Assembly (NCBI GenBank): GCA_946965045.2
Contig: OX337241.1
Location: 806,001 to 870,000 of the forward strand
Source: Epithemia pelagica
Taxonomy: Eukaryota > Protista > Bacillariophyta
Reading direction: 5' to 3'
Length of the DNA stretch: 64,000 nt
A program made the translations under genes and the position numbers. The notes under the pieces were generated by a model that worked only from the letters and a program-made list of their open reading frames with translations, made no database searches and was not told the origin of the DNA. Shown here piece after piece: positions 1 to 12,050 of this stretch (position 1 is its first letter; each line of letters opens with the position of its first letter).

Positions 1-1
1 A

Positions 2-283
2 CTGCCAATTGCACAAGAACCAGATGGCGGCAATATCGGCAAGGATCAACAGCACGCCAAAGGACAGTCCAGCAGGACCTCCGACAATCGCAATTATGAT
101 GGCGATCAAGAGAAAGACCAAAAGTGCGATCCAAAGAACGAGTAACCAGGAGAACGAAGGGAACCAGCCCCATTGAATGTCACCCTCCTTGGCAACAGGT
201 GCAAGCACAGGAGCGCATTCACTTTCTTGCGCATAGTTGCTGAAGATGAAGCGTCTCTGTGCGGTTGTGGATCCTTTTCCCAT
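2..283 (-). CDS. Partial membrane protein (5' end; runs off left edge)
   Basis: Hand translation from ATG at 283: MGKGSTTAQRRFIFSNYAQESECAPVLAPVAKEGDIQWGWFPSFSWLLVLWIALLVFLLIAIIIAIVGGPAGLSFGVLLILADIAAIWFLCNWQ. Two hydrophobic segments and no stop before base 1, so it is absent from the ORF track. Confidence 0.6.
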   Translation of the reverse strand, partial: MGKGSTTAQRRFIFSNYAQESECAPVLAPVAKEGDIQWGWFPSFSWLLVLWIALLVFLLIAIIIAIVGGPAGLSFGVLLILADIAAIWFLCNWQ

Positions 284-1584
284 GTTGACAGGTCTCGTTT
301 CGAGGTCAAAGATTTCAGATTTCAGGATGTGAAATTGTGAGACGAGATTCACAACCGGAAGGAGGTGCGGGACGTGCGCCGTGTCGCATAGCGCGACTGG
401 GGCTCTGCGTAGAATCTGGTAGAGAACCTACGCGAAAGGACAATTCGGAATGCATTCAAGATCTCAAGAAAATTCTCGATTTCGCAATCGCCCAATACAC
501 ACATGAAAAATCGACGAGTTAGACATGTGATCTCCCAACAAAGGACGCTCATTATTTAGAAGCGGGTCTTGCATCTGTCATCATTGCCCAAGAACGCACG
601 TGAACGCATATCTCTGCTTCTCTTATGAGCGCGACTGGGCCAACGTAGAATCTGGTATGAAATCAACGAACGAAAAGATGGGTTGATCAGAATCGTAGTC
701 CCACACGTAACACATACACAATATCAAGTTTCTTCTGTTGCGCTCGTTGTCTGTCAGGCACACGAAAGAACATATGGCAGAGATCTGCATCTGCAAAATA
801 TCCCCAATCCCCACCGAGAATGAGACACGAGATTGTCTCTGTTGCGCACTGCTCATAGGCTGGGACGAAATGGCACCGCCCAACCTACTCCGACCACATC
901 ATGGACGCCGATCGCGAGAACGCGGCTGCAGCCCACTGAACATATGACCTGATACTGCTGCTTTGAAAATCTTTATCCGGCTTGATGGCAATGCTTCCAA
1001 CGACTTTGTCGTTTTCAGTATTGACTTACTCTACTTTATGATAAAAGAGATACTGATTTTTGAGGTGTAGTGGTCGGTATTCGTCGCAGATAATGAGACG
1101 TGAGACGTGAGAGCCGATCTTGCTCGTCCGTGGCTTGAAAAATAATGCGACTACCCGGTCGCTTAAAAATAAGTATGGTCGGCGGGCGTAACGTTCTAAT
1201 ACGGGATATTTACAATTTTAGTTATGATAACAATTATTCTTTCCTTAAATAATCATGGTACACGCATTGTCACCTTTCGACGCACAAAGCAGCGAAGCTC
1301 CTCTCATATTTACGAACGTTTCTATCCCATCTTCGAGAATCGCAACAGTCGTTTCATCTGAAGACACAGTAAACAAACCTTTGAATCTCTATTGATTGAC
1401 AAACTTGGTCTTCACCAACATCGACACTCTCGACTCTCGAACAATAATTTCAATCATCTCGTAATAGTAAGTCTCTTTCTCCTCTTTCGTTTGCTACACT
1501 GTCCACGAAAGAAAAGAGCAACTCAAACAAAACTTTTCTCTCTCTCTCTCGATTCTCATTAATCCAGCAGAAAGCGGAACCACA

Positions 1585-3174
1585 ATGACGAAATCAGCCG
1601 TCGATTACGAACACTTGATAGATACGTCGTTTTCTGACGCCAACCAAGCTGTGCGAACAACCGTTGTTCCACGATGGGAACGGAAAAAGCAGAAAAAGCT
1701 GCAACAACAGCCTCAAGATCAACAAACAAATGGCCAACAACAAGCATCCACATCCGCGAAAGCAGGGAGCTCCACTTCTTCGGAGTCCTTGAATACATCC
1801 GGGGATCGGTTTATTCCCACTCGAAGTGGAATGAACATGGAAATATCCAAACATTTGATGAGATCCTGTACCATTGGCGGAGAAGAAAACGTGGTGCCGG
1901 AGGAGCAGCGCTCAATTGCCGACTCCAAGAAAGATGCATACAGCAACACTCTTAGCTCTGCTCTTTTGGGTGTGGAAGATATGCAGGATGCCGCAAACAA
2001 TCGTCGCATTATGGCGTACACAGAGAAAGCTCCTGCTCCGACAGGTGATCCAATCAGCAATCTTAACGTTCTATACTCTGCAGCAGCGGCGGCTTCTGGG
2101 GCTAGTCGCAAGAAAGCCAATACGCAATTGGTGACACGGCAAATTCCGAATATGCCTAGTCGCGTCTTGGACGCACCAGATCTCATGGATGACTATTACC
2201 TCAATTTGGTTTCTTGGAGCGACACTAATATATTGGCTGTTGCCCTCGCCCAGACAGTTTATCTGTGGGATGCTGGTTCCGGAAACATTGAAGAACTGTG
2301 CACCTTCGATCAGGGAGGGCCAAATTCCCACATTTCTTCAGTTCAATGGGTCCAAGAGGGAGGTGCCCATTTAGCTGTTGGTGTTTCGTCGGGAATGACA
2401 CAGCTTTGGGACGTCCAGCAAGGGAAACAACTGAGAGCCATGGACGGACACACTGATCGTGTTGGCGCTTTGTCGTGGAATCGTCATATCTTGTCTAGTG
2501 GAAGTCGCGATACTACGATCATCAATCACGATGTTCGTGTTGCTAATCACAATGTGGCCTCATTGCAGTGTCATTCACAGGAAGTCTGCGGCTTGACTTG
2601 GAGCCGTGATGGCGAAGTCCTTGCAAGTGGCGGCAACGACAATTTGCTCTGTCTGTGGGATGCTTCAAGCGCATCAGGACTCCGAACACGACCACGTTCG
2701 CGCATCGCCGACCATCAGGCAGCTGTCAAAGCCCTTGCTTGGTCTCCTCACGAGCGTAATCTTCTTGCTTCGGGTGGCGGTACGGCTGATCGAACCATCA
2801 AGTTCTGGAATTCGTCTACGGGTTCCCTTCTGAATTCAATTGACACTGGGTCCCAGGTATGTGCGCTCAAGTGGAGTCCATTCGAGAAGGAAATCTTGTC
2901 GTCGCATGGCTACGCACGGAATCAGTTGTGCTTGTGGAAATATCCCAGTATGGCGAAAGTCAAAGAATTGGAACGCCATACGTCACGCGTTCTGCATCTC
3001 GCAGTTAGCCCCGACGGTGGAACGGTTCTGTCTGCCGCCGCAGATGAAACTCTCTGTTTTTGGGACGTCTTTGCTCCGCCTTCGGCAAAGTCATCGGCCA
3101 AAACCGGATCGGGAAGCGTCAAGTCGAGCGACCCGTTTGGCAAAACTTCCACCCGCATTACTCAGATTCGTTAG
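1585..3174 (+). CDS. CDC20: Cell division cycle protein 20 (fizzy family APC/C activator, WD40)
   Basis: C-box GDRFIPTR, RRIMAY motif, VLDAPDLMDDYYLNLVSW, WD40 repeats (LASGGNDN, LASGGGTADRTIKFWN, AAADETLCFW) and a C-terminal IR tail directly before TAG. Confidence 0.95.
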   Translation: MTKSAVDYEHLIDTSFSDANQAVRTTVVPRWERKKQKKLQQQPQDQQTNGQQQASTSAKAGSSTSSESLNTSGDRFIPTRSGMNMEISKHLMRSCTIGGEENVVPEEQRSIADSKKDAYSNTLSSALLGVEDMQDAANNRRIMAYTEKAPAPTGDPISNLNVLYSAAAAASGASRKKANTQLVTRQIPNMPSRVLDAPDLMDDYYLNLVSWSDTNILAVALAQTVYLWDAGSGNIEELCTFDQGGPNSHISSVQWVQEGGAHLAVGVSSGMTQLWDVQQGKQLRAMDGHTDRVGALSWNRHILSSGSRDTTIINHDVRVANHNVASLQCHSQEVCGLTWSRDGEVLASGGNDNLLCLWDASSASGLRTRPRSRIADHQAAVKALAWSPHERNLLASGGGTADRTIKFWNSSTGSLLNSIDTGSQVCALKWSPFEKEILSSHGYARNQLCLWKYPSMAKVKELERHTSRVLHLAVSPDGGTVLSAAADETLCFWDVFAPPSAKSSAKTGSGSVKSSDPFGKTSTRITQIR

Positions 3175-3532
3175 ACATCATAGGGGAGCAATCAAATCTT
3201 CGAAGATTCTGCCAATATACAAAAATGATCTTGGGTGCCAATATACAAAAATGATCGCGGGGTTCAAAGAAGCATGGCACACTAGCTTATAGTTAACAAA
3301 CTATAAAGATTTAAAAAGAATTAGAAGCCCCTTCGTGGGATGCTCTACTGTACTTACATGGATAACCACCTTCATGACAAGTTCATGGAAGGTCAAGTTC
3401 AATGGCAGATGTCAACAAAACTGGTGATTGAGAAACAAGATCGTCAAGTAATCTTTACTTGTTCGGCTTAATGATGCACTGCTTGATATGTTGTATGTTT
3501 CGGCTTGCGGATTGGTTTCTCTTTCTGAGAAA

Positions 3533-5278
3533 TTAAATCCATTGGCGCATGCACATTTCCTGCAGAGCAACGTGCCTAGCCGTGCTTCCTTCTAATGAAT
3601 TACATCGTTGCAAGAGGTGAGGCACAGATGATTGGTTGAACGAGGACTTTGCCAAGTGTTGTCGAGTCTTTTCTAGTAGTGCGTTGCGTTTCAACCAGGA
3701 CGCAGCAGATTGAGATGGAACACCATCGTGTGACAAATGAAGTAAGGACGTATTTTGCTGTAAACACAAGGCAAACAATGTCAACTGCGAGTCCTTGTCC
3801 TTGTCGTGATTGTGACAGTCGGGTTGCGTAGATTCGGTGCTTCCTCTTGTACTCGAACCATTAACAACGGCACTGTCATTGGTAGTTGAAGCAACGTCGT
3901 GGTGGTACCAAGACTGTCGTCCAATGGCCAGTTTGGGAAGATCGAGGCGACGCAATCCCTGTATATGAGGTACGAGTGTCACCCATTGCGCCGTATTACT
4001 TAATTCATTTCCTCCCAACACTAACTCGTTCAAACTAGGGAACGCGCGACCATTTGCTCCGTTAGAAAAGGTTGTAAGAGATGGTGCTTGCAGTGCTTGA
4101 AATAAGCAATCCGCCACATGGTCCGTGACACCACAGTTTGTCAAGTCCAGAGTCTTCAAGCAGGCATGTCTCTGAAGGGCATGACAGAAACCTTGTACAG
4201 ACTGTTCAAATGAAAGACAGTTTGTGCGGAACAAGGATTCACCGGATGGAGATTCCGTTCTTTGGTCGTCCTCCGAAAGGACTGGCCAGCTGGCTTGGGC
4301 AAAGAGTCTCGACATACGCTGTAGATCAAGTGATTCCAATTGGGTTTGGTTGGACACGAAATTTGTCAAATTTGGTAACGAAGCCGCCGATAATCGATTG
4401 CTGGGCAAGGACAAGTGTCGCAACCTTTGTCGACCATGCATCGTCACAGTGGTTTCCACGTCGGTCATGATCGCTTGACAAAACTCTGCCCATATAGCAT
4501 CATGCATGACACAAGCATGCATGGTCAAGCGCTGTAGCGAGGTGGAATCGCTTTGTAGTGCCCTCCCAACGAGTGACACTGCAGCTTCATTAACTCGACA
4601 ATGTCGTAACTCCAATGTGTGACACATGGGTGATGTATGTACGAAAATAGACAACTTATCGGCAACAGTGTCGGACCTCAAATCAATGTCTACCAGCTGA
4701 ACTGTTTTGAGACAAGGCACTGCTGGCAAACCGTGCAGCAAGGTGCTCGCCGTGTGAGCAGGTAACTGTCCTACGTAGGCTCCTTCCAGCCGAACTGATT
4801 CAAGGGATTGTGCACAGGTGGAAGAGGATTGCATATACTTGACGAGTAATTGTGCCGTTCCATCAGTTGGATTGTACTTGCAACTATTCAAGAGAAGTCG
4901 TGTCGGACGTTGGTGTTGAGGAAGCTGTTGCGTCTCCTTGAACAAATACTTGATGCAGAATCGATTCAACTCCAATTCTGCCAGTAATAATTCGGTTGAT
5001 CCCGACGAAGATTCATCCAAATAATCATTCCAGTACAACATGAACTCTTCCAAACGACCTTCTCGATCTATCAATGAGGCATTTGTAGCAGTTTCATCCT
5101 CTCTAGAACCGACGGAGGAAACATCCGTGCTTCTTCTCCCACGACGAAGGATTGTGCTGGGTCGTCGTGGAGAAGATTGTTGTCCTTCCTCGTTCGCCCT
5201 GTCTCGATGGCTCTGTTGACGATTCCTTTGTATGATGTGGTTCATCATCATGGTTCCAACAAAGGACGAGGAGAACAT
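3533..5278 (-). CDS. RNI-like leucine-rich repeat protein
   Basis: Long ORF with LxxLxL repeats (LESVRLEG, LKTVQLVD, LQRLTMHAC, LRHLSLPSNRL, LKTLDLTNCGV, LNELVLGGNEL, LRRLDLP). First ATG at 5278; MMMNH at 5251 is an alternative start. Confidence 0.8.
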   Translation of the reverse strand: MFSSSFVGTMMMNHIIQRNRQQSHRDRANEEGQQSSPRRPSTILRRGRRSTDVSSVGSREDETATNASLIDREGRLEEFMLYWNDYLDESSSGSTELLLAELELNRFCIKYLFKETQQLPQHQRPTRLLLNSCKYNPTDGTAQLLVKYMQSSSTCAQSLESVRLEGAYVGQLPAHTASTLLHGLPAVPCLKTVQLVDIDLRSDTVADKLSIFVHTSPMCHTLELRHCRVNEAAVSLVGRALQSDSTSLQRLTMHACVMHDAIWAEFCQAIMTDVETTVTMHGRQRLRHLSLPSNRLSAASLPNLTNFVSNQTQLESLDLQRMSRLFAQASWPVLSEDDQRTESPSGESLFRTNCLSFEQSVQGFCHALQRHACLKTLDLTNCGVTDHVADCLFQALQAPSLTTFSNGANGRAFPSLNELVLGGNELSNTAQWVTLVPHIQGLRRLDLPKLAIGRQSWYHHDVASTTNDSAVVNGSSTRGSTESTQPDCHNHDKDKDSQLTLFALCLQQNTSLLHLSHDGVPSQSAASWLKRNALLEKTRQHLAKSSFNQSSVPHLLQRCNSLEGSTARHVALQEMCMRQWI

Positions 5279-5508
5279 TATGGTCAATCACTGAAGGAAG
5301 CAAACGACAACGAAGCGAGGAGTGAGAAGCTTCAAGATTCTTGGTCGTAAAAAATGTCGTGCGCACATTCCGCGACCCATAAACGTCTAACACACAACAT
5401 CATTCGCATCTCGTTCGCGGATCATGATTATTGCCCGGCGGCACTTTTTCTTGTTGCGTATTTCTGATTTCTGACTAAGAAGAAAGAGAAGAAGCGCAGA
5501 ATGCTTAT

Positions 5509-5595
5509 AACCCTCGGTATCAGTGTCCACTGCTTAGCTGTTTTTTGTCTGTGCCACCTTCATAGGTTCCCAAGTGGACACAGACAGGAAATTTC
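5509..5595 (+). repeat. Left 87-bp TIR
   Basis: aaccctcggtatcagtgtccac...cagacaggaaatttc; perfect inverted copy at 6803-6889. Confidence 0.95.
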
Positions 5596-6802
5596 CTTTT
5601 TGACTCAAATGGAAATGGCTAAAAAGCAAATTGGCGCGCATACCCAGCTGGAGTTTTCACAGTTCATGAAACAGACGCAAGCCCAGCAAGCGGCCCTGCG
5701 TGGATGACGGTTGGTTGGTCTTCGCAGAATGCGCCATCCAAATCCGCCATAAAATCACACAGAGGCCATCACAGTTCACAATGGCATGGCATGAATTGTC
5801 GCCTTTCATGCAATTGAGGTAAGTTTGAACGCACAAAATGTTTCCATGACAACAGCTCTTGTACTGTCATTCTAACTTCTCCCTCACTCTTGTATTCGTT
5901 TTTCTCTTCTGATATTCTCCATTTGCCAACTGTCTCTCTCCACTTCTTTGAGAGCGAAAGTTTTGTGCCTATGGAATGCCTATTCTCCATTCGAGCCTTG
6001 GCTTAAAATTGGAAACCACAACATAAAGCTTCTTTTCTTTGAATTTTGGAGGAGTTTTTATCTGTAGTTTAGTTCTCATCTTTCATAGGTTTTGTAAGAT
6101 CGTTGCAGCGTGTTATTTCCTTGTTTTCAACAACCATGACACTCTGAAGCAGGTAAGAAGCCATCTTCCAGCATATCCGATAGACTCCATGATCCATGAC
6201 GACTACTCCTCTAGTTATAGTAGGACTAGTGACAACAAGATGCTGCAGTTGTCGTCATCTAGATCTACCACTCAACGAAAGGTTCTGTGGTCGACACGGA
6301 TGATGGATGGGCGAAACACAATGATGAGTGTAAAAAAACATGCTACAAAGATATGAAGACAACCAACCAACAATCAAACAGCACTACGAATAAAGCAAAG
6401 GAAAAGTTGTGGCAAATGGCCTACAATGACTTGTCCTCCGTTTCATTGCGACGAAATCAAAGGACAACAAACCATCAACTTTAACATGGACAAAGATAAA
6501 TGAGATAACGTGTGAGAAAACTATGCAGGGCATGAAAGAAGCTAAGAGACAAACAACAAGTAACAAGAGAGAAAACCAACCAAAATACTGCTTCAGGTCA
6601 CAAGGATTCGTAAAGAGCTCGCTTCATGGTCAATGTCAATGTTTTTGACACCGCGTGAAATTTTTTGTGACGAGTATGAAAGGATTCCAAATTTGAATCG
6701 TGGTCACGGTCACAGGAAGGTGCCAACCGCCAACGGCTACTTGCACGCCGGCATTTCCACCAGCACGAGGAATCATATTGGTGAAAAGGACAGACGAAAA
6801 GT

Positions 6803-6889
6803 GAAATTTCCTGTCTGTGTCCACTTGGGAACCTATGAAGGTGGCACAGACAAAAAACAGCTAAGCAGTGGACACTGATACCGAGGGTT
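6803..6889 (-). repeat. Right 87-bp TIR
   Basis: gaaatttcctgtctg...gataccgagggtt; reverse complement of 5509-5595. Confidence 0.95.
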
Positions 6890-7198
6890 CTTGAGCTGTC
6901 CGAAGAATTGAGTAACAGTTCAACGAGAGAAAGCCTGATCCTGATGTCGTCAGTCATTTCGTGTCACGAGTCACGAGTATCTAACTAGGAGTACTCTTGA
7001 CTCCTACAGTAATGTGGAATATGAAAACTGAGACTCGACTATCCAATAGGTGACTGATGGAAGTACTCCTACTCCTAGTCTACTACCTAGAGGATCGCTG
7101 ATGGCCAATGAGTGGCAATTGGCAATGGTGGTATCGTGTTTCCTGTTTCCCTTTATCTCAATTCGCCCAATAATTATCCACTATCCACTACTCGTATC

Positions 7199-10169
7199 TA
7201 GGGTCTTCAAGTTTCTTAGCCGAAGTTTCTCCGCCTAAATTTAGGGGCCTTAGTTTTCGTAACTTACAAGACTCAACGCCATGTCCACCGAAGTTTAGGT
7301 AGGCCCTTTTGTTAACTAGGCATAGGTACCGTAGGTATCCAACCGTTGATGTTGGCAGTTGGCATAAGATCTTGACAGGCTGATATCTTTGGGATCTTTG
7401 CAAGAACAACAACAATGATGACACATGAACGATGAACAACAACAAACGATTCAGCAATCAAACAAACTCCGATCACATTTGTTGGAGACAGGAGCAGCAG
7501 AAGTTGCAATGGAGAACGAAAGTACTGCTGACGAGCAGCCGAATACTACTGTTGTGACGTTCCAAGATCTGTCACCGTTGACAGCTGAAACACAACGACG
7601 ACAAGGACAAGACGAGGAACAGCAACAACAAGAAGGCACGACAACGGCCATGGTTTCGACGACGACGACGGAAGGCGACGAGGAGCAGGATGAACCATTC
7701 GAAGTGGCTACGGGACAAAGTGACGCCAACAATGAAGACGATACTACGACCAACGACTCAACGACGTTGTCGCAAAATAAGCGAAAGCCACCCAAAAAGA
7801 AAGCCAACCAATACATCCGAGAGCAGTTTGAGATTTCCCCTGACCCGGATCGAGAAGGATACTTGAAGATTGTGTGCATCCATTGCAAGATGTACAAAAA
7901 TTGGAAGACTTTCAATGCAAGTGTTGCATCTGATCACATCGTTCAGAAATGCAAGAACGCTCCTACTGAAATTCGCCAACTCTGTGATGGCCAAACTCAA
8001 GCTAGTAAGCGTGCCAAGAAACAATTGGGTTTGATTGTTGGTGGTCCACTCAGCCAAGAGAGGGTGATAGCATCAGAGTCTTCAGGTGCATCAAGTTCTG
8101 TATCCTCGCTGTCGACAAGTTTACGAGACAAGGCCAGGTCCAAACCAGGAGACAAAGCAGGTCGCAAGAAACACCAGCAGTCGTCCATACAGAGTTTTGG
8201 TACTGTTCTGACAGAACAGATGGCCTATCGTCTCATCATGAAGTCTGTCGAAACTACCCTCGCACGCTTCAAGCCCATGCAACGTCTGTTGGACCCGTTC
8301 GTCCAAGACGAACTCGTCACACGGTTTGGTAAGGGTATTATGAAGTTTGTGCCCCACCACCCAGACACAATCTACAAGCGCTACGTCATGGTGATTGACA
8401 AACAGTGTCAACTAGAGCTGAACACCATGATGCAAAAGATTCCAGGAGGCATGACCATTGCAGCTGATGGTGTCACCTGCAACGGTACCAGCACCATTCT
8501 CTACACCATTGCGAAAGGTAGTGTTAGTTTATTTGCAAAGGCCTCTCGTCTTTGCAGCCTCGCCCATGCAACAGAGGCTGAGACGCAAGACATGGTTGAT
8601 TTCATGGTGAAGACGCGACGTGAGTACAATTCTCCCTTGTGCTGTGTTGCAACAGACATTGCTGCCACGAAAGTTGTGAAAGAGGCATGTGAAATCTACA
8701 AGTCCAACAACCCCAAAGAGCCCAACATACTGAGCAATCGTGACTGTGCTCATTGTATTGACCTGTTGGCAAAGGATGTGGCCAAGGTCCCATGTATTGA
8801 TTCACTCCTGTCAGACATTGCCATGCTGATGGAGTTTTCAACCACAGACAATGTAGATGGGATTTGACATGAGCTAGTCCGAACTGGCGATCTACCAGCA
8901 ACCTGTGGCAATGTCTCCAACTACTCTGAGACAAGGTTCAACAAGGTTGGTATGACCTTGGAGTCGGTTCTGAACCAAAAGCCTTTTTATGAATGGTGCA
9001 ACGGGCACCATCCCATGTTTGAGCGATACTACAACTCGCGAACACAGAGGCGTAAGGAAAAGATTGATGCAACCCTTCGACTAGTTACACGTGATCTATG
9101 GTCTAAGGTGGAAGTTGTTGCCAAGATTTATGCTGTGATTGAACATGCAACAAAGCTTGTGTCGGACGATGACTTTCCAATCTCCGCGTACTACCCCGTG
9201 ATTGTTGCCATGCGCAACGAGTTGAATGGTGTATTGGGTTCAGGAACAGCAAGTGGCAGCAGATCCATTGATGCAATCTTCAATCTCCGTGGGGCACGGA
9301 ACTCCATTGTTGAGTTCTGCGACAATCGGTTCAACTATGATGGATCGGAACCACCTGGACGGAAAGTTGGTCTCTTTCCTTCAGGTCCAGAATCCCCAAG
9401 CGACCTATCATTCACCCATCAATTGCTCGTTGCATGCAGGATGCAATTGAGTTCTTTGTGATTCCTTCACAGGAACCACCTCCACCCCCACCACCGAATG
9501 CTGGACCTGTCGAGCCACCCAATATGCGTCCCACTGTGTGGGGAAGGGTCGAAGCTCCGGACACAAGGGACATCAGGTTGATTGTGGATCAGGAGTTCAG
9601 GTCCTATCTTGGTCACACAGGGAAGTGGATTGATCTCTTCCCCACAGAGAGCCCACGTCCACCTTCTGATCAATTCCAGGAAGAGCGCAAACTCACGATC
9701 CAAATGGTGAGTCAGTGGGTGAGTACCACAGGTGGCCACCAAGGGAGGCTGGAGTTTTTTGGCATTGCTCCTCCAAGTAAGTTGTACGATCTTGTGATTG
9801 AACCACTTCTTTTGGTTCGTTCGACTGGCTCTATCTCTGTCGAGCGAGTTGCCAAGCCACTCAAAAACAACGTTTGGAGTTAGTTGCGCAGTAATCTTGG
9901 GCAAGACAAGGCGGAAGTCTGTCTGCGAGCTGGGCTGAACTTACGGTATTTAATGAAGGTAAGATCCACTGTCCGTAAAGCAACGAATGAACAAGTTGTG
10001 GATCATTGTGATGATTACTTGTTTGGTTCGATTTCTATGTATTGAAAAATGAGACTCCATAGCCGTATTCCATAGCCACCTAAACTACCTAAACTTCAAA
10101 ACCTAAACTTAGCCTAAATTTCATAGCAAGTTAAGCAAAAATTTCATTTACCTAAGTTTGAAGACCCTA
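7199..10169 (+). mobile_element. hAT-superfamily DNA transposon (2971 bp)
   Basis: 12-bp TIR TAGGGTCTTCAA at both ends, 8-bp TSD CTCGTATC (7191-7198 and 10170-10177), subterminal CCTAAA/AAACTT/AAGTTT repeats and an internal transposase remnant. Confidence 0.93.
7425..10045 (+). pseudogene. Disrupted hAT transposase (BED-type zinc finger, DUF659-like region, C-terminal dimerisation domain)
   Basis: VCIHC...DHIVQKC zinc finger, MTIAADGVT, RDCAHCIDLL, SETRF and SVERVAKPLKN...LRAGLNLRYL. In-frame TGA at 8865-8867, frame change near 9370-9380, in-frame TAG at 9881-9883, probable original stop TGA at 10043-10045. Confidence 0.88.
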
Positions 10170-12050
10170 CTCGTATCTCGTATCCACTATACTCGTACAC
10201 TATCAATCTGACCCTGACTGGTTCGAAATTTCGCTGAGCGTGTTTGACACAATCCCCTACATTTCTTAGGACCAGCGACTGTATTCGTTTTTCTGTTTTC
10301 GTCCGTAGGAGTAGTTGGTACAATACGAGTACCTAGTTAGTCGGCCTTGCCAGTTGCAAGTGGTCGTTAGTCGGTACGAGTACGAGTATACTCGTAGACC
10401 TTATGCCATATGCCATGCATATGCCATAATATGGCAATTACTCCTTCGAATCTTATGAGTAATATATTATTATTCTAATCGATCTTATGACTCACACTCC
10501 TCAGAAGTTGATATTACATTTTGTAATACAATACGTTTCGAATTGTCACATCAAGACTTCTGGAGTGTGTTTTTCGGTATGGAAGAATATGCAGGTCATA
10601 TTCATATTACGACCTAGTTTTTGTCACCCAAAAACAAGACGAAATTAAAAAAAATTATTCACATTTTTCTCTGGGTAGTATATTGGATATTGCTTGTTTG
10701 TATTGGAGGTTCCATATGTGAGGTGAACACCATCCGTCGTCGAGAGAACACAAACACCCAAAAGATGGCCGAAACTGTCCGATCCGGCGGGTGTATAACT
10801 TCTGTCATCCATCCGACATTTTTCATTTTTCATTTTAGTTTTTACTTGAAATTATAACTCAGTTTTTTTCTCTAAAAGCAGTAATTATAACATCCATAGC
10901 AACTGTCGTAACTGGCTTCGCGCGCTTCGCCCTGGCTTTGGCTTGATACGGAGCACGACGCGAAGAAATCCCACACAAGGATGAACAGTGAACACACACG
11001 TGAAACAGAAAAAAACATGCACAAACACAAGACAAGTGGCAATGGCCCACAACAAGGAAAGCTCTTAGTACATTGACTGCAACTAAAATACAAGCATAGT
11101 CAACTCTATATGTATCTAGGTACTCCTCCTATTTGTTTAGGCTTCCTGGCCCTATCCATTGTATTGTGTCCTTCCTTAGACTCTGATGTCGTCCACACAC
11201 TGGTTGATTGTCATCTTGTCATTTTTCATCCTTCTTCTCATTCGGTTGATTGCCGCGTTTACTGATGATCCAGGGGGTAGATCTTGACAGTAGTATTCAT
11301 GCTATGGTCATTCATTTTGCTGGATTGTTCGATTTTGTTGCAGCCCCATTGTCATTTCTTGTGGTTCGTCGAAAAGTGAGAAGTGAGACGATTCATGGCA
11401 CAAAATACGAGGCGAGGCCGGCGTTCAGATTTCAACGATCGAAGGCAGGCTGACGATTTGACATGGCAGGCGCTTTGGAAAAAAACAAAAGGCCAAAGTT
11501 GGGCAACGCACGAAGGACAGAAAATATACACCTCTTGAATCGTTCCCAACCCAAAAGGGGGATCGCGGTTTCCAGGGAATTCTTCGTGTCGGGCCACGTC
11601 AATCGAAAGGATGCTGATGGACGTATCGTGTGTCAATCGACTATGAGCTGGAATGTAAAACACGTCACGTGATTTGATGTTGGCGCATCTGCTCGGCCAT
11701 CGCATCTGTTCATCACGCCGTCCTTCGTTCATTTAAGTATCAACGCGCATGCACATCACGCTGGCGGATAATCATTTAAATGATTGTTACCCAGTGTTCG
11801 AGGTCTGTGGAAACGATGTGCGCGTAATCGGCATTCGGCATTGCAGCGGCGAACTCAACTTCACACCTTTCACCGCGTGATTTTTATCAATCGAGAAGGA
11901 GCGGCTGGTACACCGAACAAAGAGACACTTTTCAGGGATGATAATTATTTTCTCCACTTCAGAGTAACAGAACGCAAAAAGGCTGTCACGAGGAGACAAC
12001 GATCGTCTTGGTAACAACCGTCCTCCTCCTCATCATCATCTTTGCACAAG

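Larger units (their letters stand above)
5509..6889. mobile_element. Non-autonomous DNA transposon-like element with 87-bp terminal inverted repeats
   Basis: 5509-5595 is the exact reverse complement of 6803-6889. No transposase-like ORF inside and no clear TSD. Confidence 0.75.

Noticed and set aside
3160-3174. Alternative genetic code (TAG/TAA read as Gln) to explain the stop-interrupted ORFs
   Set aside because: CDC20 ends with its obligatory C-terminal IR tail directly before TAG, and other intact genes end in TAG, TAA or TGA, so stops are standard.
3210-3256. 21-bp direct repeat (tgccaatatacaaaaatgatc x2) after CDC20
   Set aside because: Two copies with a 5-nt spacer look like ordinary slippage in a 3' region, not an array.
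8952-9883. Track ORFs 8952-9461 and 9434-9883 as independent genes
   Set aside because: They are fragments of the disrupted hAT transposase.
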